Origin: Eledone cirrhosa
Lineage: Eukaryota
Length of the DNA: 64,000 bases
Assembly (NCBI GenBank): GCA_964016885.1
Contig: OZ024744.1
Span: forward strand, 124,124,001-124,188,000
Reading direction: 5' to 3'
A program made the translations under genes and the position numbers. This document shows, one piece after another, positions 14,401 to 29,100 of this stretch (its first letter is position 1; every line of letters begins with the position of its first letter). The notes below the pieces were generated by a model. The model did not search any database. It had not been told where the DNA came from and saw only the letters and a program-made list of their open reading frames with translations.

Positions 14401-17400
14401 ATAACTTGTCCAACCCATGACAGCTAGGACAATAGTCTGTAATAACTTGTCCAACCCATGACAGGTAGGACAATAGTCTGTAATAACTTGTCCAACCCAT
14501 GACATGTAGGACAATAGTCTGTAATAACTTGTCCAACCCATGACAGGTAGAACAATAGTCTGTAATAACTTGTCCAACCCATGACAGGTAGGACAATAGT
14601 CTGTAATAACTTGTCCAACCCATGTATGTAGGACAATAGTCTGTAATAACTTGTCCAACCCATGACAGGTAGGACAATAGTCTGTAATAACTTGTCCAAC
14701 CCATGTATGTAGGACAATAGTCTGTAATAACTTGTCCAACCCATGACAGGTAGGACAATAGTCTGTAATAACTTGTCCAACCCATGTATGTAGGACAATA
14801 GTCTGTAATAACTTGTCCAACCGATGACAGGTAGGACAATAGTCTGTAATAACTTGTCCAACCCATGACAGGTAGGACAATAGTCTGTAATACCCTGTCC
14901 AACCAATGACAGGTAGGACAATAGTCTGTAATAACTTGTCCAACCCATGTATGTAGGACAATAGTCTTTAATAACTTGTCCAACCCATGTATGTAGGACA
15001 ATAGTCTGTAATAACTTGCCCAACCCATGACAGGTAGGACAATAGTGTGTAATAACTTGTCCAACCCATGACAGGTAGGACAATAGTCGGTAATAACTTG
15101 TCCAACCCATGTATGTAGGACAATAGTCGGTAATAACTTGTACAACCCATGATAGGTAGGACAATAGTCTGTAATAACTTGTCCAACCCATGACAGGTAG
15201 GACAATAGTCTGTAATAACTTGTCCAACCCATGTATGTAAGACAATAGTCTGTAATAACTTGTCCAACCCAATTCAGGTAGGACAATAGTCTAATAACTT
15301 GTCCAACTCATGACAGGTAGGACAATAGTCTGTAATAACTTGTCCAACCCATGTATTTAGGACAATAGTCTGTAATAACTTGTCCAACCCATGACAGGTA
15401 AGACAATATTCTGTAATAACTTGTCCATCCCATGACAGGTAGGACAATAGTCTGTAATAACTTGTCCAACCCATGACAGCTAGGACAATAGTCTGTAATA
15501 ACTTGTCCAACCCATGACAGGTAGGACAATAGTCTGTAATAACTTGTCCAACCCATGACATGTAGGACAATAGTCTGCAATAACATGTCCAACCCATGAC
15601 AGGTAGGACAATAGTCTGTAATAACTTGTCGAACCCATGTATGTAGGACAATAGTCTGTAATAAATTGTCCAACCCATGACAGGTAGGACAATAGTCTGT
15701 AATAACTTGTCCAACCCATGACAGGTAGGACAATAATCTGTAATAACTTGTCTAACCCATGTATGTAGGACAATAGTCTGTAATAACTTGTCCAACCCAT
15801 GTATGTAGGACAATAGTCTGTAATAACTTGTCCAACCCATGTATGTACGACAATAGTGTGTAATAACTTGTCCATCCCATGACAGGTAGGACAATAGTCT
15901 GTAATAACTTGTCCAACCCATGTATGTAGGACAATAGTCTGTAATAACTTGTCCAACCCATGACAGGTAGGACAATAGTCTGTAATAACTTGGCCAACCC
16001 ATGACAGGTAGGACAATAGTCTGTAATAACTTGTCCAACCCATGACAGGTAGGACAATAGTCTGTAATAACTTGTCCAACCCATGTATGTAGGACAATAG
16101 TCTGTAATAATTTGTCCAACCCATGACAGGTAAGACAATACTCTGTAATAACTTGTTGAACCCATGACAGGTAGGACAATAGTCTGTAATAACTTGTCCA
16201 ACCCATGTATGTAGGACAAATGTCTGTAATAACTTGTCCAACCCATGACAGGTAAGACAATATTCTGTAATAACTTGTCCAACCCATGTATGTAAGACAA
16301 TAGTCTGTAATAACTTGTCCAACCCATGTATTTAGGACAATAGTCTGTAATAACTTGTCCAAGCCATGACAGGTAGGACAATAGTCTGTAATAACTTGTC
16401 CAACCCATGACAGGTAGGACAATAGTCTGTAATACCTTGTCCAGCCAATGACAGGTAGGACAATAGTCTGTAACAACTTGTCCAACCCATGTATGTAGGA
16501 CAATACTCTGTAATAACTTGCCCAACCCATGAATGTAGGACAATAGTCTGTAATAACTTGTCCAACCCATGACAGGTAGGACAATAGTCTGTAATAACTT
16601 GTCCATCCCATGACAGGTAGGACAATAGTCTGTAATAACTTGTCCAACCCATGACAGCTAGGACAATAGTCTGTAATAACTTGTCCAACCCATGACAGGT
16701 AGGACAATAGTCTGTAATAACTTGTCCAACCCATGACATGTAGGACAATAGTCTGTAATAACTTGTCCAACCCATGACAGGTAGAACAATAGTCTGTAAT
16801 AACTTGTCCAACCCATGACAGGTAGGACAATAGTCTGTAATAACTTGTCCAACCCATGTATGTAGGACAATAGTCTGTAATAACTTGTCCAACCCATGAC
16901 AGGTAGGACAATAGTCTGTAATAACTTGTCCAACCCATGTATGTAGGACAATAGTCTGTAATAACTTGTCCAACCCATGACAGGTAGGACAATAGTCTGT
17001 AATAACTTGTCCAACCCATGTATGTAGGACAATAGTCTGTAATAACTTGTCCAACCGATGACAGGTAGGACAATAGTCTGTAATAACTTGTCCAACCCAT
17101 GACAGGTAGGACAATAGTCTGTAATACCCTGTCCAACCAATGACAGGTAGGACAATAGTCTGTAATAACTTGTCCAACCCATGTATGTAGGACAATAGTC
17201 TTTAATAACTTGTCCAACCCATGTATGTAGGACAATAGTCTGTAATAACTTGCCCAACCCATGACAGGTAGGACAATAGTGTGTAATAACTTGTCCAACC
17301 CATGACAGGTAGGACAATAGTCGGTAATAACTTGTCCAACCCATGTATGTAGGACAATAGTCGGTAATAACTTGTACAACCCATGATAGGTAGGACAATA

Positions 17401-18186
17401 GTCTGTAATAACTTGTCCAACCCATGACAGGTAGGACAATAGTCTGTAATAACTTGTCCAACCCATGTATGTAAGACAATAGTCTGTAATAACTTGTCCA
17501 ACCCAATTCAGGTAGGACAATAGTCTAATAACTTGTCCAACTCATGACAGGTAGGACAATAGTCTGTAATAACTTGTCCAACCCATGTATTTAGGACAAT
17601 AGTCTGTAATAACTTGTCCAACCCATGACAGGTAAGACAATATTCTGTAATAACTTGTCCATCCCATGACAGGTAGGACAATAGTCTGTAATAACTTGTC
17701 CAATCCATGACAGCTAGGACAATAGTCTGTAATAACTTGTCCAACCCATGACAGGTAGGACAATAGTCTGTAATAACTTGTCCAACCCATGACATGTAGG
17801 ACAATAGTCTGCAATAACATGTCCAACCCATGACAGGTAGGACAATAGTCTGTAATAACTTGTCGAACCCATGTATGTAGGACAATAGTCTGTAATAAAT
17901 TGTCCAACCCATGACAGGTAGGACAATAGTCTGTAATAACTTGTCCAACCCATGACAGGTAGGACAATAATCTGTAATAACTTGTCTAACCCATGTATGT
18001 AGGACAATAGTCTGTAATAACTTGTCCAACCCATGTATGTAGGACAATAGTCTGTAATAACTTGTCCAACCCATGTATGTACGACAATAGTGTGTAATAA
18101 CTTGTCCATCCCATGACAGGTAGGACAATAGTCTGTAATAACTTGTCCAACCCATGTATGTAGGACAATAGTCTGTAATAACTTGT
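5420..18186. repeat. Near-identical tandem duplication of a 6376-bp unit (about 5420-11795 and 11796-18171)
   Basis: Private variants recur at exactly +6376: CACC 5711/12087, TGAA 9781/16157, CAATCC 11325/17701, ACGA 11705/18081. Landmarks pair as 6745/13121, 8898/15274 and 11132/17508. Confidence 0.93.
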
Positions 18187-20770
18187 CCAACCCATGACAG
18201 GTAGGACAATAGTCTGTAATAACTTGGCCAACCCATGACAGGTAGGACAATAGTCTGTAATAACTCGTCCAACCCATGTATGTAGGACAAATGTCTGTAA
18301 TAACTTGTCCAACCCATGACAGGTAAGACAATATTCTGTAATAACTTGTCCAACCCATGTATGTAAGACAATAGTCTGTAATAACTTGTCCAACCCATGT
18401 ATTTAGGACAATAGTCTGTAATAACTTGTCCAAGCCATGACAGGTAGGACAATAGTCTGTAATAACTTGTCCAACCCATGACAGGTAGGACAATGGTCTG
18501 TAATACCTTGTCCAACCAATGACAGGTAGGACAATAGTCTGTAACAACTTGTCCAACCCATGTATGTAGGACAATACTCTGTAATAACTTGCCCAACCCA
18601 TGACATGTAGGACAATAGTCTGTAATAACTTGTCCAACCCATGACAGGTAGAACAATAGTCTGTAATAACTTGTCGAACCCATGTATGTAGGACAATAGT
18701 CTGTAATAAATTGTCCAACCCATGACAGGTAGGACAATAGTCTGTAATAACTTGTCCAACCCATGACAGGTAGGACAATAATCTGTAATAACTTGTCTAA
18801 CCCATGTATGTAGGACAATAGTCTGTAATAACTTGTCCAACCCATGCATGTAGGACAATAGTCTGTAATAACTTGTCCAACCCATGTATGTAGGACAATA
18901 GTCTGTAATAACTTGTCCAACCGATGACAGGTAGGACAATAGTCTGTAATAACTTGTCCAACCCATGACAGGTAGGACAATAGTCTGTAATACCCTGTCC
19001 AACCAATGACAGGTAGGACAATAGTCTGTAATAACTTGTCCAACCCATGTATGTAGGACAATAGTCTTTAATAACTTGTCCAACCCATGTATGTAGGACA
19101 ATAGTCTGTAATAACTTGCCCAACCCATGACAGGTAGGACAATAGTGTGTAATAACTTGTCCAACCCATGACAGGTAGGACAATAGTCGGTAATAACTTG
19201 TCCAACCCATGTATGTAGGACAATAGTCGGTAATAACTTGTACAACCCATGATAGGTAGGACAATAGTCTGTAATAACTTGTCCAACCCATGACAGGTAG
19301 GACAATAGTCTGTAATAACTTGTCCAACCCATGTATGTAAGACAATAGTCTGTAATAACTTGTCCAACCCAATTCAGGTAGGACAATAGTCTAATAACTT
19401 GTCCAACTCATGACAGGTAGGACAATAGTCTGTAATAACTTGTCCAACCCATGTATTTAGGACAATAGTCTGTAATAACTTGTCCAACCCATGACAGGTA
19501 AGACAATATTCTGTAATAACTTGTCCATCCCATGACAGGTAGGACAATAGTCTGTAATAACTTGTCCAATCCATGACAGCTAGGACAATAGTCTGTAATA
19601 ACTTGTCCAACCCATGACAGGTAGGACAATAGTCTGTAATAACTTGTCCAACCCATGACATGTAGGACAATAGTCTGCAATAACATGTCCAACCCATGAC
19701 AGGTAGGACAATAGTCTGTAATAACTTGTCGAACCCATGTATGTAGGACAATAGTCTGTAATAAATTGTCCAACCCATGACAGGTAGGACAATAGTCTGT
19801 AATAACTTGTCCAACCCATGACAGGTAGGACAAAAATCTGTAATAACTTGTCTAACCCATGTATGTAGGACAATAGTCTGTAATAACTTGTCCAACCCAT
19901 GTATGTAGGACAATAGTCTGTAATAACTTGTCCAACCCATGTATGTACGACAATAGTGTGTAATAACTTGTCCATCCCATGACAGGTAGGACAATAGTCT
20001 GTAATAACTTGTCCAACCCATGTATGTAGGACAATAGTCTGTAATAACTTGTCCAACCCATGACAGGTAGGACAATAGTCTGTAATAACTTGGCCAACCC
20101 ATGACAGGTAGGACAATAGTCTGTAATAACTCGTCCAACCCATGTATGTAGGACAAATGTCTGTAATAACTTGTCCAACCCATGACAGGTAAGACAATAT
20201 TCTGTAATAACTTGTCCAACCCATGTATGTAAGACAATAGTCTGTAATAACTTGTCCAACCCATGTATTTAGGACAATAGTCTGTAATAACTTGTCCAAG
20301 CCATGACAGGTAGGACAATAGTCTGTAATAACTTGTCCAACCCATGACAGGTAGGACAATAGTCTGTAATACCTTGTCCAACCAATGACAGGTAGGACAA
20401 TAGTCTGTAACAACTTGTCCAACCCATGTATGTAGGACAATACTCTGTAATAACTTGCCCAACCCATGACATGTAGGACAATAGTCTGTAATAACTTGTC
20501 CAACCCATGACAGGTAGAACAATAGTCTGTAATAACTTGTCGAACCCATGTATGTAGGACAATAGTCTGTAATAAATTGTCCAACCCATGACAGGTAGGA
20601 CAATAGTCTGTAATAACTTGTCCAACCCATGACAGGTAGGACAATAATCTGTAATAACTTGTCTAACCCATGTATGTAGGACAATAGTCTGTAATAACTT
20701 GTCCAACCCATGCATGTAGGACAATAGTCTGTAATAACTTGTCCAACCCATGTATGTAGGACAATAGTCT
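17010..20770. repeat. Tandem duplication of a 1866-bp unit
   Basis: Matching ORF endpoints at +1866: 17202/19068, 17508/19374, 17714/19580, 17986/19852, 18403/20269, 18797/20663. Confidence 0.85.
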
Positions 20771-23669
20771 GTAATAACTTGTCCAACCCATGTATGTAGG
20801 ACAATAGTCTGTAATAACTTGTCCAACCCATGACAGGTAAGACAATATTCTGTAATAACTTGTCCAACCCATGTATGTAAGACAATAGTCTGTAATAACT
20901 TGTCCAACCCAATTCAGGTAGGACAATAGTCTAATAACTTGTCCAACTCATGACAGGTAGGACAATAGTCTGTAATAACTTGTCCAACCCATGTATTTAG
21001 GACAATAGTCTGTAATAACTTGTCCAACCCATGACAGGTAAGACAATATTCTGTAATAACTTGTCCATCCCATGACAGGTAGGACAATAGTCTGTAATAA
21101 CTTGTCCAACCCATGACAGCTAGGACAATAGTCTGTAATAACTTGTCCAACCCATGACAGGTAGGACAATAGTCTGTAATAACTTGTCCAACCCATGACA
21201 TGTAGGACAATAGTCTGCAATAACTTGTCCAACCCATGACAGGTAGGACAATAGTCTGTAATAACTTGTCGAACCCATGTATGTAGGACAATAGTCTGTA
21301 ATAAATTGTCCAACCCATGACAGGTAGGACAATAGTCTGTAATAACTTGTCCAACCCATGACAGGTAGGACAATAATCTATAATAACTTGTCTAACCCAT
21401 GTATGTAGGACAATAGTCTGTAATAACTTGTCCAACCCATGTATGTAGGACAATAGTCTGTAATAACTTGTCCAACCCATGTATGTACGACAATAGTGTG
21501 TAATAACTTGTCCATCCCATGACAGGTAGGACAATAGTCTGTAATAACTTGTCCAACCCATGTATGTAGGACAATAGTCTGTAATAACTTGTCCAACCCA
21601 TGACAGGTAGGACAATAGTCTGTAATAACTTGGCCAACCCATGACAGGTAGGACAATAGTCTGTAATAACTTGTCCAACCCATGACAGGTAGGACAATAG
21701 TCTGTAATAACTTGTCCAACCCATGTATGTAGGACAATAGTCTGTAATAATTTGTCCAACCCATGACAGGTAAGACAATACTCTGTAATAACTTGTCGAA
21801 CCCATGACAGGTAGGACAATAGTCTGTAATAACTTGTCCAACCCATGTATGTAGGACAAATGTCTGTAATAACTTGTCCAACCCATGACAGGTAAGACAA
21901 TATTCTGTAATAACTTGTCCAACCCATGTATGTAAGACAATAGTCTGTAATAACTTGTCCAACCCATGTATTTAGGACAATAGTCTGTAATAACTTGTCC
22001 AAGCCATGACAGGTAGGACAATAGTCTGTAATAACTTGTCCAACCCATGACAGGTAGGACAATAGTCTGTAATACCTTGTCCAGCCAATGACAGGTAGGA
22101 CAATAGTCTGTAACAACTTGTCCAACCCATGTATGTAGGACAATACTCTGTAATAACTTGCCCAACCCATGAATGTAGGACAATAGTATGTAATAACTTG
22201 TCCAACCCATGACAGGTAGGACAATAGTCTGTAATAACTTGTCCATCCCATGACAGGTAGGACAATAGTCTGTAATAACTTGTCCAACCCATGACAGCTA
22301 GGACAATAGTCTGTAATAACTTGTCCAACCCATGACAGGTAGGACAATAGTCTGTAATAACTTGTCCAACCCATGACATGTAGGACAATAGTCTGTAATA
22401 ACTTGTCCAACCCATGACAGGTAGAACAATAGTCTGTAATAACTTGTTCAACCCATGACAGGTAGGACAATAGTCTGTAATAACTTGTCCAACCCATGTA
22501 TGTAGGACAATAGTCTGTAATAACTTGTCCTACCCATGACAGGTAGGACAATAGTCTGTAATAACTTGTCCAACCCATGTATGTAGGACAATAGTCTGTA
22601 ATAACTTGTCCAACCGATGACAGGTAGGACAATAGTCTGTAATAACTTGTCCAACCCATGACAGGTAGGACAATAGTCTGTAATAACTTGTCCAACCCAT
22701 GTATGTACGACAATAGTCTGTAATAACTTGCCTAACCCATGTATGTAGGACAATAGTCTGTAATAACTTGTCCAACCCATGTATGTAGGACAATAGTCTG
22801 TAATAACTTGTCCAACCCATGACAGGTAGGACAATAGTCTGTAATAACTTGTCCAACCCATATATGCAGGACAATAGTCTGTAATAACTTATCCAACCCA
22901 TGACAGGTAGGACAATAGTCTGTAATAACTTATCCAACCCATGAGAGGTAGGGCAATAGTCTGTAATAACTTGTCGAACCCATGTATGCAGGACAATAGT
23001 CTGTAATAACTTGTCCAACCCATGACAGCTAGGACAGTAGTCTGTAATAACTTGTCCAACCCATGACAGGTAGGACAATAGTCTGTAATAACTTGTCCAA
23101 CCCATGACATGTAGGACAATAGTCTGTAATAACTTGTCCAACCCATGACAGGTAGGACAATAGTCTGTAATAATTTGTCCAACCCATGTATGTAGGACAA
23201 TAGTCTGTAATAACTTGTCCAACCCATGCCAGGTAGGACAATAGTCTGTAATAACTTGTCCAACCGATGACAGGTAAGACAATAGTCTGTAATAACTTGT
23301 CCAACCCATGACAGCTAGGACAATAGTCTGTAATAACTTGTCCAACCCATGACAGGTAGGGCAATAGTCTGTAATAACTTGTCCAACCCATGACAGGTAG
23401 GACAATAGTCTGTAATAACTTGTCCAACCCATGTATGTAGGACAATAGTCTGTAATAACTTGTCCAACCCATGACAGCTAGGACAATAGTCTGTAATAAC
23501 TTGTCTAACCCATGTATGTAGGACAATAGTCTGTAATAACTTGTCCAACCCATGTATGTAGGACAATAGTCTGTAATAACTCGTCCAACCCATGTGTGTA
23601 GGACAATAGTCTGTAATAACTTGTCCAACCCATGACAGGTAAGACAATATTCTGTAATAACTTGTCCAA

Positions 23670-23685
23670 CCCATGACAGGTCCAA
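23670..23685. repeat. 16-bp truncated monomer (25-bp internal deletion); further copies at 27623, 30728, 33670, 43639
   Basis: The sequence reads ...cttgtccaac ccatgacagg tccaacccat..., which is monomer A joined from the GT of ACAGGT to the GT of TTGTCC. Confidence 0.95.
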
Positions 23686-26149
23686 CCCATGACAGGTAGG
23701 GCAATAGTCTGTAATAACTTGTCCAACCCATGACAGGTAGGACAATAGTCTGTAATAACTTGTCCAACCCATGTATGTAGGACAATAGTCTGTAATAACT
23801 TGTCCAACCCATGACAGCTAGGACAATAGTCTGTAATAACTTGTCTAACCCATGTATGTAGGACAATAGTCTGTAATAACTTGTCCAACCCATGTATGTA
23901 GGACAATAGTCTGTAATAACTCGTCCAACCCATGTGTGTAGGACAATAGTCTGTAATAACTTGTCCAACCCATGACAGGTAAGACAATATTCTGTAATAA
24001 CTTGTCCAACCCATGTATGTAAGACAATAGTCTGTAATAACTTGTCCAACCCATGACAGGTAGTACAATAGTCTGTAATAACTTGTCCAACCCATGACAG
24101 GTAGGACAATAGTTTGTAATACCTTGTCCAACCAATGACAGGTAGGAAAATAGTCTGTAATAACTTGTCCAACCCATGACAGGTAGAACAATAGTCTGTA
24201 ATACCCTGTCCAACCAATGACAGGTAGGACAATAGTCTGTAATAACTTGTCCAACCCATGTATGTAGGACAATAGTCTTTAATAACTTGTCCAACCCATG
24301 TATGTAGGACAATAGCCTGTAATAACTTGTCCAACCCATGACAGGTAGTACAATAGTCTGTAATAATTTGTCCAACCCATGTATGTAGGTCAATAGCCTG
24401 TAATAACTTGTCCAACCCATGACAGGTAGGACAATAGTCTGTAATACCTTGTCCAACCAATGACAGGTAGGACAATAGTCTGTAACAACTTGTCCAACCC
24501 ATGTATGTAGGACAATACTCTGTAATAACTTGCCCAACCCATGACATGTAGGACAATAGTCTGTAATAACTTGTCCAGCCCATGACAGGTAGAACAATAG
24601 TCTGTAATAACTTGTCGAACCCATGTATGTAGGACAATAGTCTGTAATAAATTGTCCAACCCATGACAGGTAGGACAATAGTCTGTAATAACTTGTCCAA
24701 CCCATGACAGGTAGGACAATAATCTGTAATAACTTGTCTAACCCATGTATGTAGGACAATAGTCTGTAATAACTTGTCCAACCCATGCATGTAGGACAAT
24801 AGTCTGTAATAACTTGTCCAACCCATGTATGTAGGACAATAGTCTGTAATAACTTGTCCAACCCATGTATGTAGGACAATAGTCTGTAATAACTTGTCCA
24901 ACCCATGACAGGTAAGACAATATTCTGTAATAACTTGTCCAACCCATGTATGTAAGACAATAGTCTGTAATAACTTGTCCAACCCAATTCAGGTAGGACA
25001 ATAGTCTAATAACTTGTCCAACTCATGACAGGTAGGACAATAGTCTGTAATAACTTGTCCAACCCATGTATTTAGGACAATAGTCTGTAATAACTTGTCC
25101 AACCCATGACAGGTAAGACAATATTCTGTAATAACTTGTCCATCCCATGACAGGTAGGACAATAGTCTGTAATAACTTGTCCAACCCATGACAGCTAGGA
25201 CAATAGTCTGTAATAACTTGTCCAACCCATGACAGGTAGGACAATAGTCTGTAATAACTTGTCCAACCCGTGTATGTAGGACAATAGTCTGTAATAACTT
25301 GTCCAACCCATGTATGTACGACAATAGTGTGTAATAACTTGTCCATCCCATGACAGGTAGGACAATAGTCTGTAATAACTTGTCCAACCCATGTATGTAG
25401 GACAATAGTCTGTAATAACTTGTCCAACCCATGACAGGTAGGACAATAGTCTGTAATAACTTGGCCAACCCATGACAGGTAGGACAATAGTCTGTAATAA
25501 CTTGTCCAACCCATGACAGGTAGGACAATAGTCTGTAATAACTTGTCCAACCCATGTATGTAGGACAATAGTCTGTAATAATTTGTCCAACCCATGACAG
25601 GTAAGACAATACTCTGTAATAACTTGTCGAACCCATGACAGGTAGGACAATAGTCTGTAATAACTTGTCCAACCCATGTATGTAGGACAAATGTCTGTAA
25701 TAACTTGTCCAACCCATGACAGGTAAGACAATATTCTGTAATAACTTGTCCAACTCATGTATGTAAGACAATAGTCTGTAATAACTTGTCCAACCCATGT
25801 ATTTAGGACAATAGTCTGTAATAACTTGTCCAAGCCATGACAGGTAGGACAATAGTCTGTAATAACTTGTCCAACCCATGACAGGTAGGACAATAGTCTG
25901 TAATACCTTGTCCAGCCAATGACAGGTAGGACAATAGTCTGTAACAACTTGTCCAACCCATGTATGTAGGACAATACTCTGTAATAACTTGCCCAACCCA
26001 TGAATGTAGGACAATAGTCTGTAATAACTTGTCCAACCCATGACAGGTAGGACAATAGTCTGTAATAACTTGTCCATCCCATGACAGGTAGGACAATAGT
26101 CTGTAATAACTTGTCCAACCCATGACAGCTAGGACAATAGTCTGTAATA

Positions 26150-29100
26150 ACTTGTCCAACCCATGACAGGTAGGACAATAGTCTGTAATAACTTGTCCAA
26201 CCCATGACATGTAGGACAATAGTCTGTAATAACTTGTCCAACCCATGACAGGTAGAACAATAGTCTGTAATAACTTGTCCAACCCATGACAGGTAGGACA
26301 ATAGTCTGTAATAACTTGTCCAACCCATGTATGTAGGACAATAGTCTGTAATAACTTGTCCAACCCATGACAGGTAGGACAATAGTCTGTAATAACTTGT
26401 CCAACCCATGACAGGTAGGACAATAGTCTGTAATAACTTGTCCAACCCATGTATGTAGGACAATAGTCTGTAATAACTTGTCCAACCCATGACAGGTAGG
26501 ACAATAGTCTGTAATAACTTGTCCAACCCATGTATGTAGGACAATAGTCTGTAATAACTTGTCCAACCGATGACAGGTAGGACAATAGTCTGTAATAACT
26601 TGTCCAACCCATGACAGGTAGGACAATAGTCTGTAATAACTTGTCCAACCCATGTATGTACGACAATAGTCTGTAATAACTTGCCTAACCCATGTATGTA
26701 GGACAATAGTCTGTAATAACTTATCCAACCCATGTATGTAGGACAATAGTCTGTAATAACTTGTCCAACCCATGACAGGTAGGACAATAGTCTGTAATAA
26801 CTTGTCCAACCCATGTATGCAGGACAATAGTCTGTAATAACTTATCCAACCCATGACAGGTAGGACAATAGTCTGTAATAACTTATCCAACCCATGAGAG
26901 GTAGGGCAATAGTCTGTAATAACTTGTCGAACCCATGTATGCAGGACAATAGTCTGTAATAACTTGTCCAACCCATGACAGCTAGGACAGTAGTCTGTAA
27001 TAACTTGTCCAACCCATGACAGGTAGGACAATAGTCTGTAATAACTTGTCCAACCCATGACATGTAGGACAATAGTCTGTAATAACTTGTCCAACCCATG
27101 ACAGGTAGGACAATAGTCTGTAATAATTTGTCCAACCCATGTATGTAGGACAATAGTCTGTAATAACTTGTCCAACCCATGCCAGGTAGGACAATAGTCT
27201 GTAATAACTTGTCCAACCGATGACAGGTAAGACAATAGTCTGTAATAACTTGTCCAACCCATGACAGCTAGGACAATAGTCTGTAATAACTTGTCCAACC
27301 CATGACAGGTAGGGCAATAGTCTGTAATAACTTGTCCAACCCATGACAGGTAGGACAATAGTCTGTAATAACTTGTCCAACCCATGTATGTAGGACAATA
27401 GTCTGTAATAACTTGTCCAACCCATGACAGCTAGGACAATAGTCTGTAATAACTTGTCTAACCCATGTATGTAGGACAATAGTCTGTAATAACTTGTCCA
27501 ACCCATGTATGTAGGACAATAGTCTGTAATAACTCGTCCAACCCATGTGTGTAGGACAATAGTCTGTAATAACATGTCCAACCCATGACAGGTAAGACAA
27601 TATTCTGTAATAACTTGTCCAACCCATGACAGGTCCAACCCATGACAGGTAGGGCAATAGTCTGTAATAACTTGTCCAACCCATGACAGGTAGGACAATA
27701 GTCTGTAATAACTTGTCCAACCCATGTATGTAGGACAATAGTCTGTAATAACTTGTCCAACCCATGACAGCTAGGACAATAGTCTGTAATAACTTGTCTA
27801 ACCCATGTATGTAGGACAATAGTCTGTAATAACTTGTCCAACCCATGTATGTAGGACAATAGTCTGTAATAACTCGTCCAACCCATGTGTGTAGGACAAT
27901 AGTCTGTAATAACTTGTCCAACCCATGACAGGTAAGACAATATTCTGTAATAACTTGTCCAACCCATGTATGTAAGACAATAGTCTGTAATAACTTGTCC
28001 AACCCATGACAGGTAGTACAATAGTCTGTAATAACTTGTCCAACCCATGACAGGTAGGACAATAGTCTGTAATACCTTGTCCAACCAATGACAGGTAGGA
28101 AAATAGTCTGTAATAACTTGTCCAACCCATGACAGGTAGAACAATAGTCTGTAATACCCTGTCCAACCAATGACAGGTAGGACAATAGTCTGTAATAACT
28201 TGTCCAACCCATGTATGTAGGACAATAGTCTTTAATAACTTGTCCAACCCATGTATGTAGGACAATAGCCTGTAATAACTTGTCCAACCCATGACAGGTA
28301 GTACAATAGTCTGTAATAATTTGTCCAACCCATGTATGTAGGTCAATAGCCTGTAATAACTTGTCCAACCTATGACAGGTAGGACAATAGTCTGTAATAA
28401 CTTGCCCAACCCATGACAGGTAGGACAATAGTGTGTAATAACTTGTCCAACCCATGACAGGTAGGACAATAGTCTTTAATAACTTGTACAACCCATGATA
28501 GGTAGGACAATAGTCTGTAATAACTTGTCCAACCCATGACAGGTAGGACAATAGTCTGTAATAACTTGTCCAACACATGTATTTAGGACAATAGTCTGTA
28601 ATAACTTGTCCAACCCATGACAGGTAAGACAATATTCTGTAATAACTTGTCCAACCCATGACAGGTAGGACAATAGTCTGTAATAACTTGTCCAACCCAT
28701 GACAGCTAGGACAATAGTCTGTAATAACTTGTCCAACCCATGACAGGTAGGACAATAGTCTGTAATAACTTGTCCAACCCATGACATGTAGGACAATAGT
28801 CTGCAATAACTTGTCCAACCCATGACAGGTAGGACAATAGTCTGTAATAACTTGTCCAACCCATGTATGTAGGACAATAGTCTGTAATAAACTGTCCAAC
28901 CCATGACAGGTAGGACAATAGTCTGTAATAACTTGTCCAACCCATGACAGGTAGGACAATAATCTGTAATAACTTGTCTAACCCATGTATGTAGGACAAT
29001 AGTCTGTAATAACTTGTCCAAGCCATGTATGTAGGACAATAGTCTGTAATAACTTGTCCAACCCATGACAGGTAGAACAATAGTCTGTAATAACTTGTCC

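Larger units (their letters stand above)
3128..22700. repeat. Higher-order repeat domain 1: about 1.5-2.2-kb units (mostly 49-55 monomers) with conserved order of variant monomers
   Basis: Landmark spacings are 1499, 2112, 2153, 2234, 1989, 2153, 2234, 1866 and 1540 bp. A shared variant order recurs in most units (TATTTAGG, AAGACAATATTC, CCATCCC, ACAGCTAGG, CTGCAAT, GTCGAA, AATAAATT, AATAATCTG/TCTAA, TACGAC...). Confidence 0.9.
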
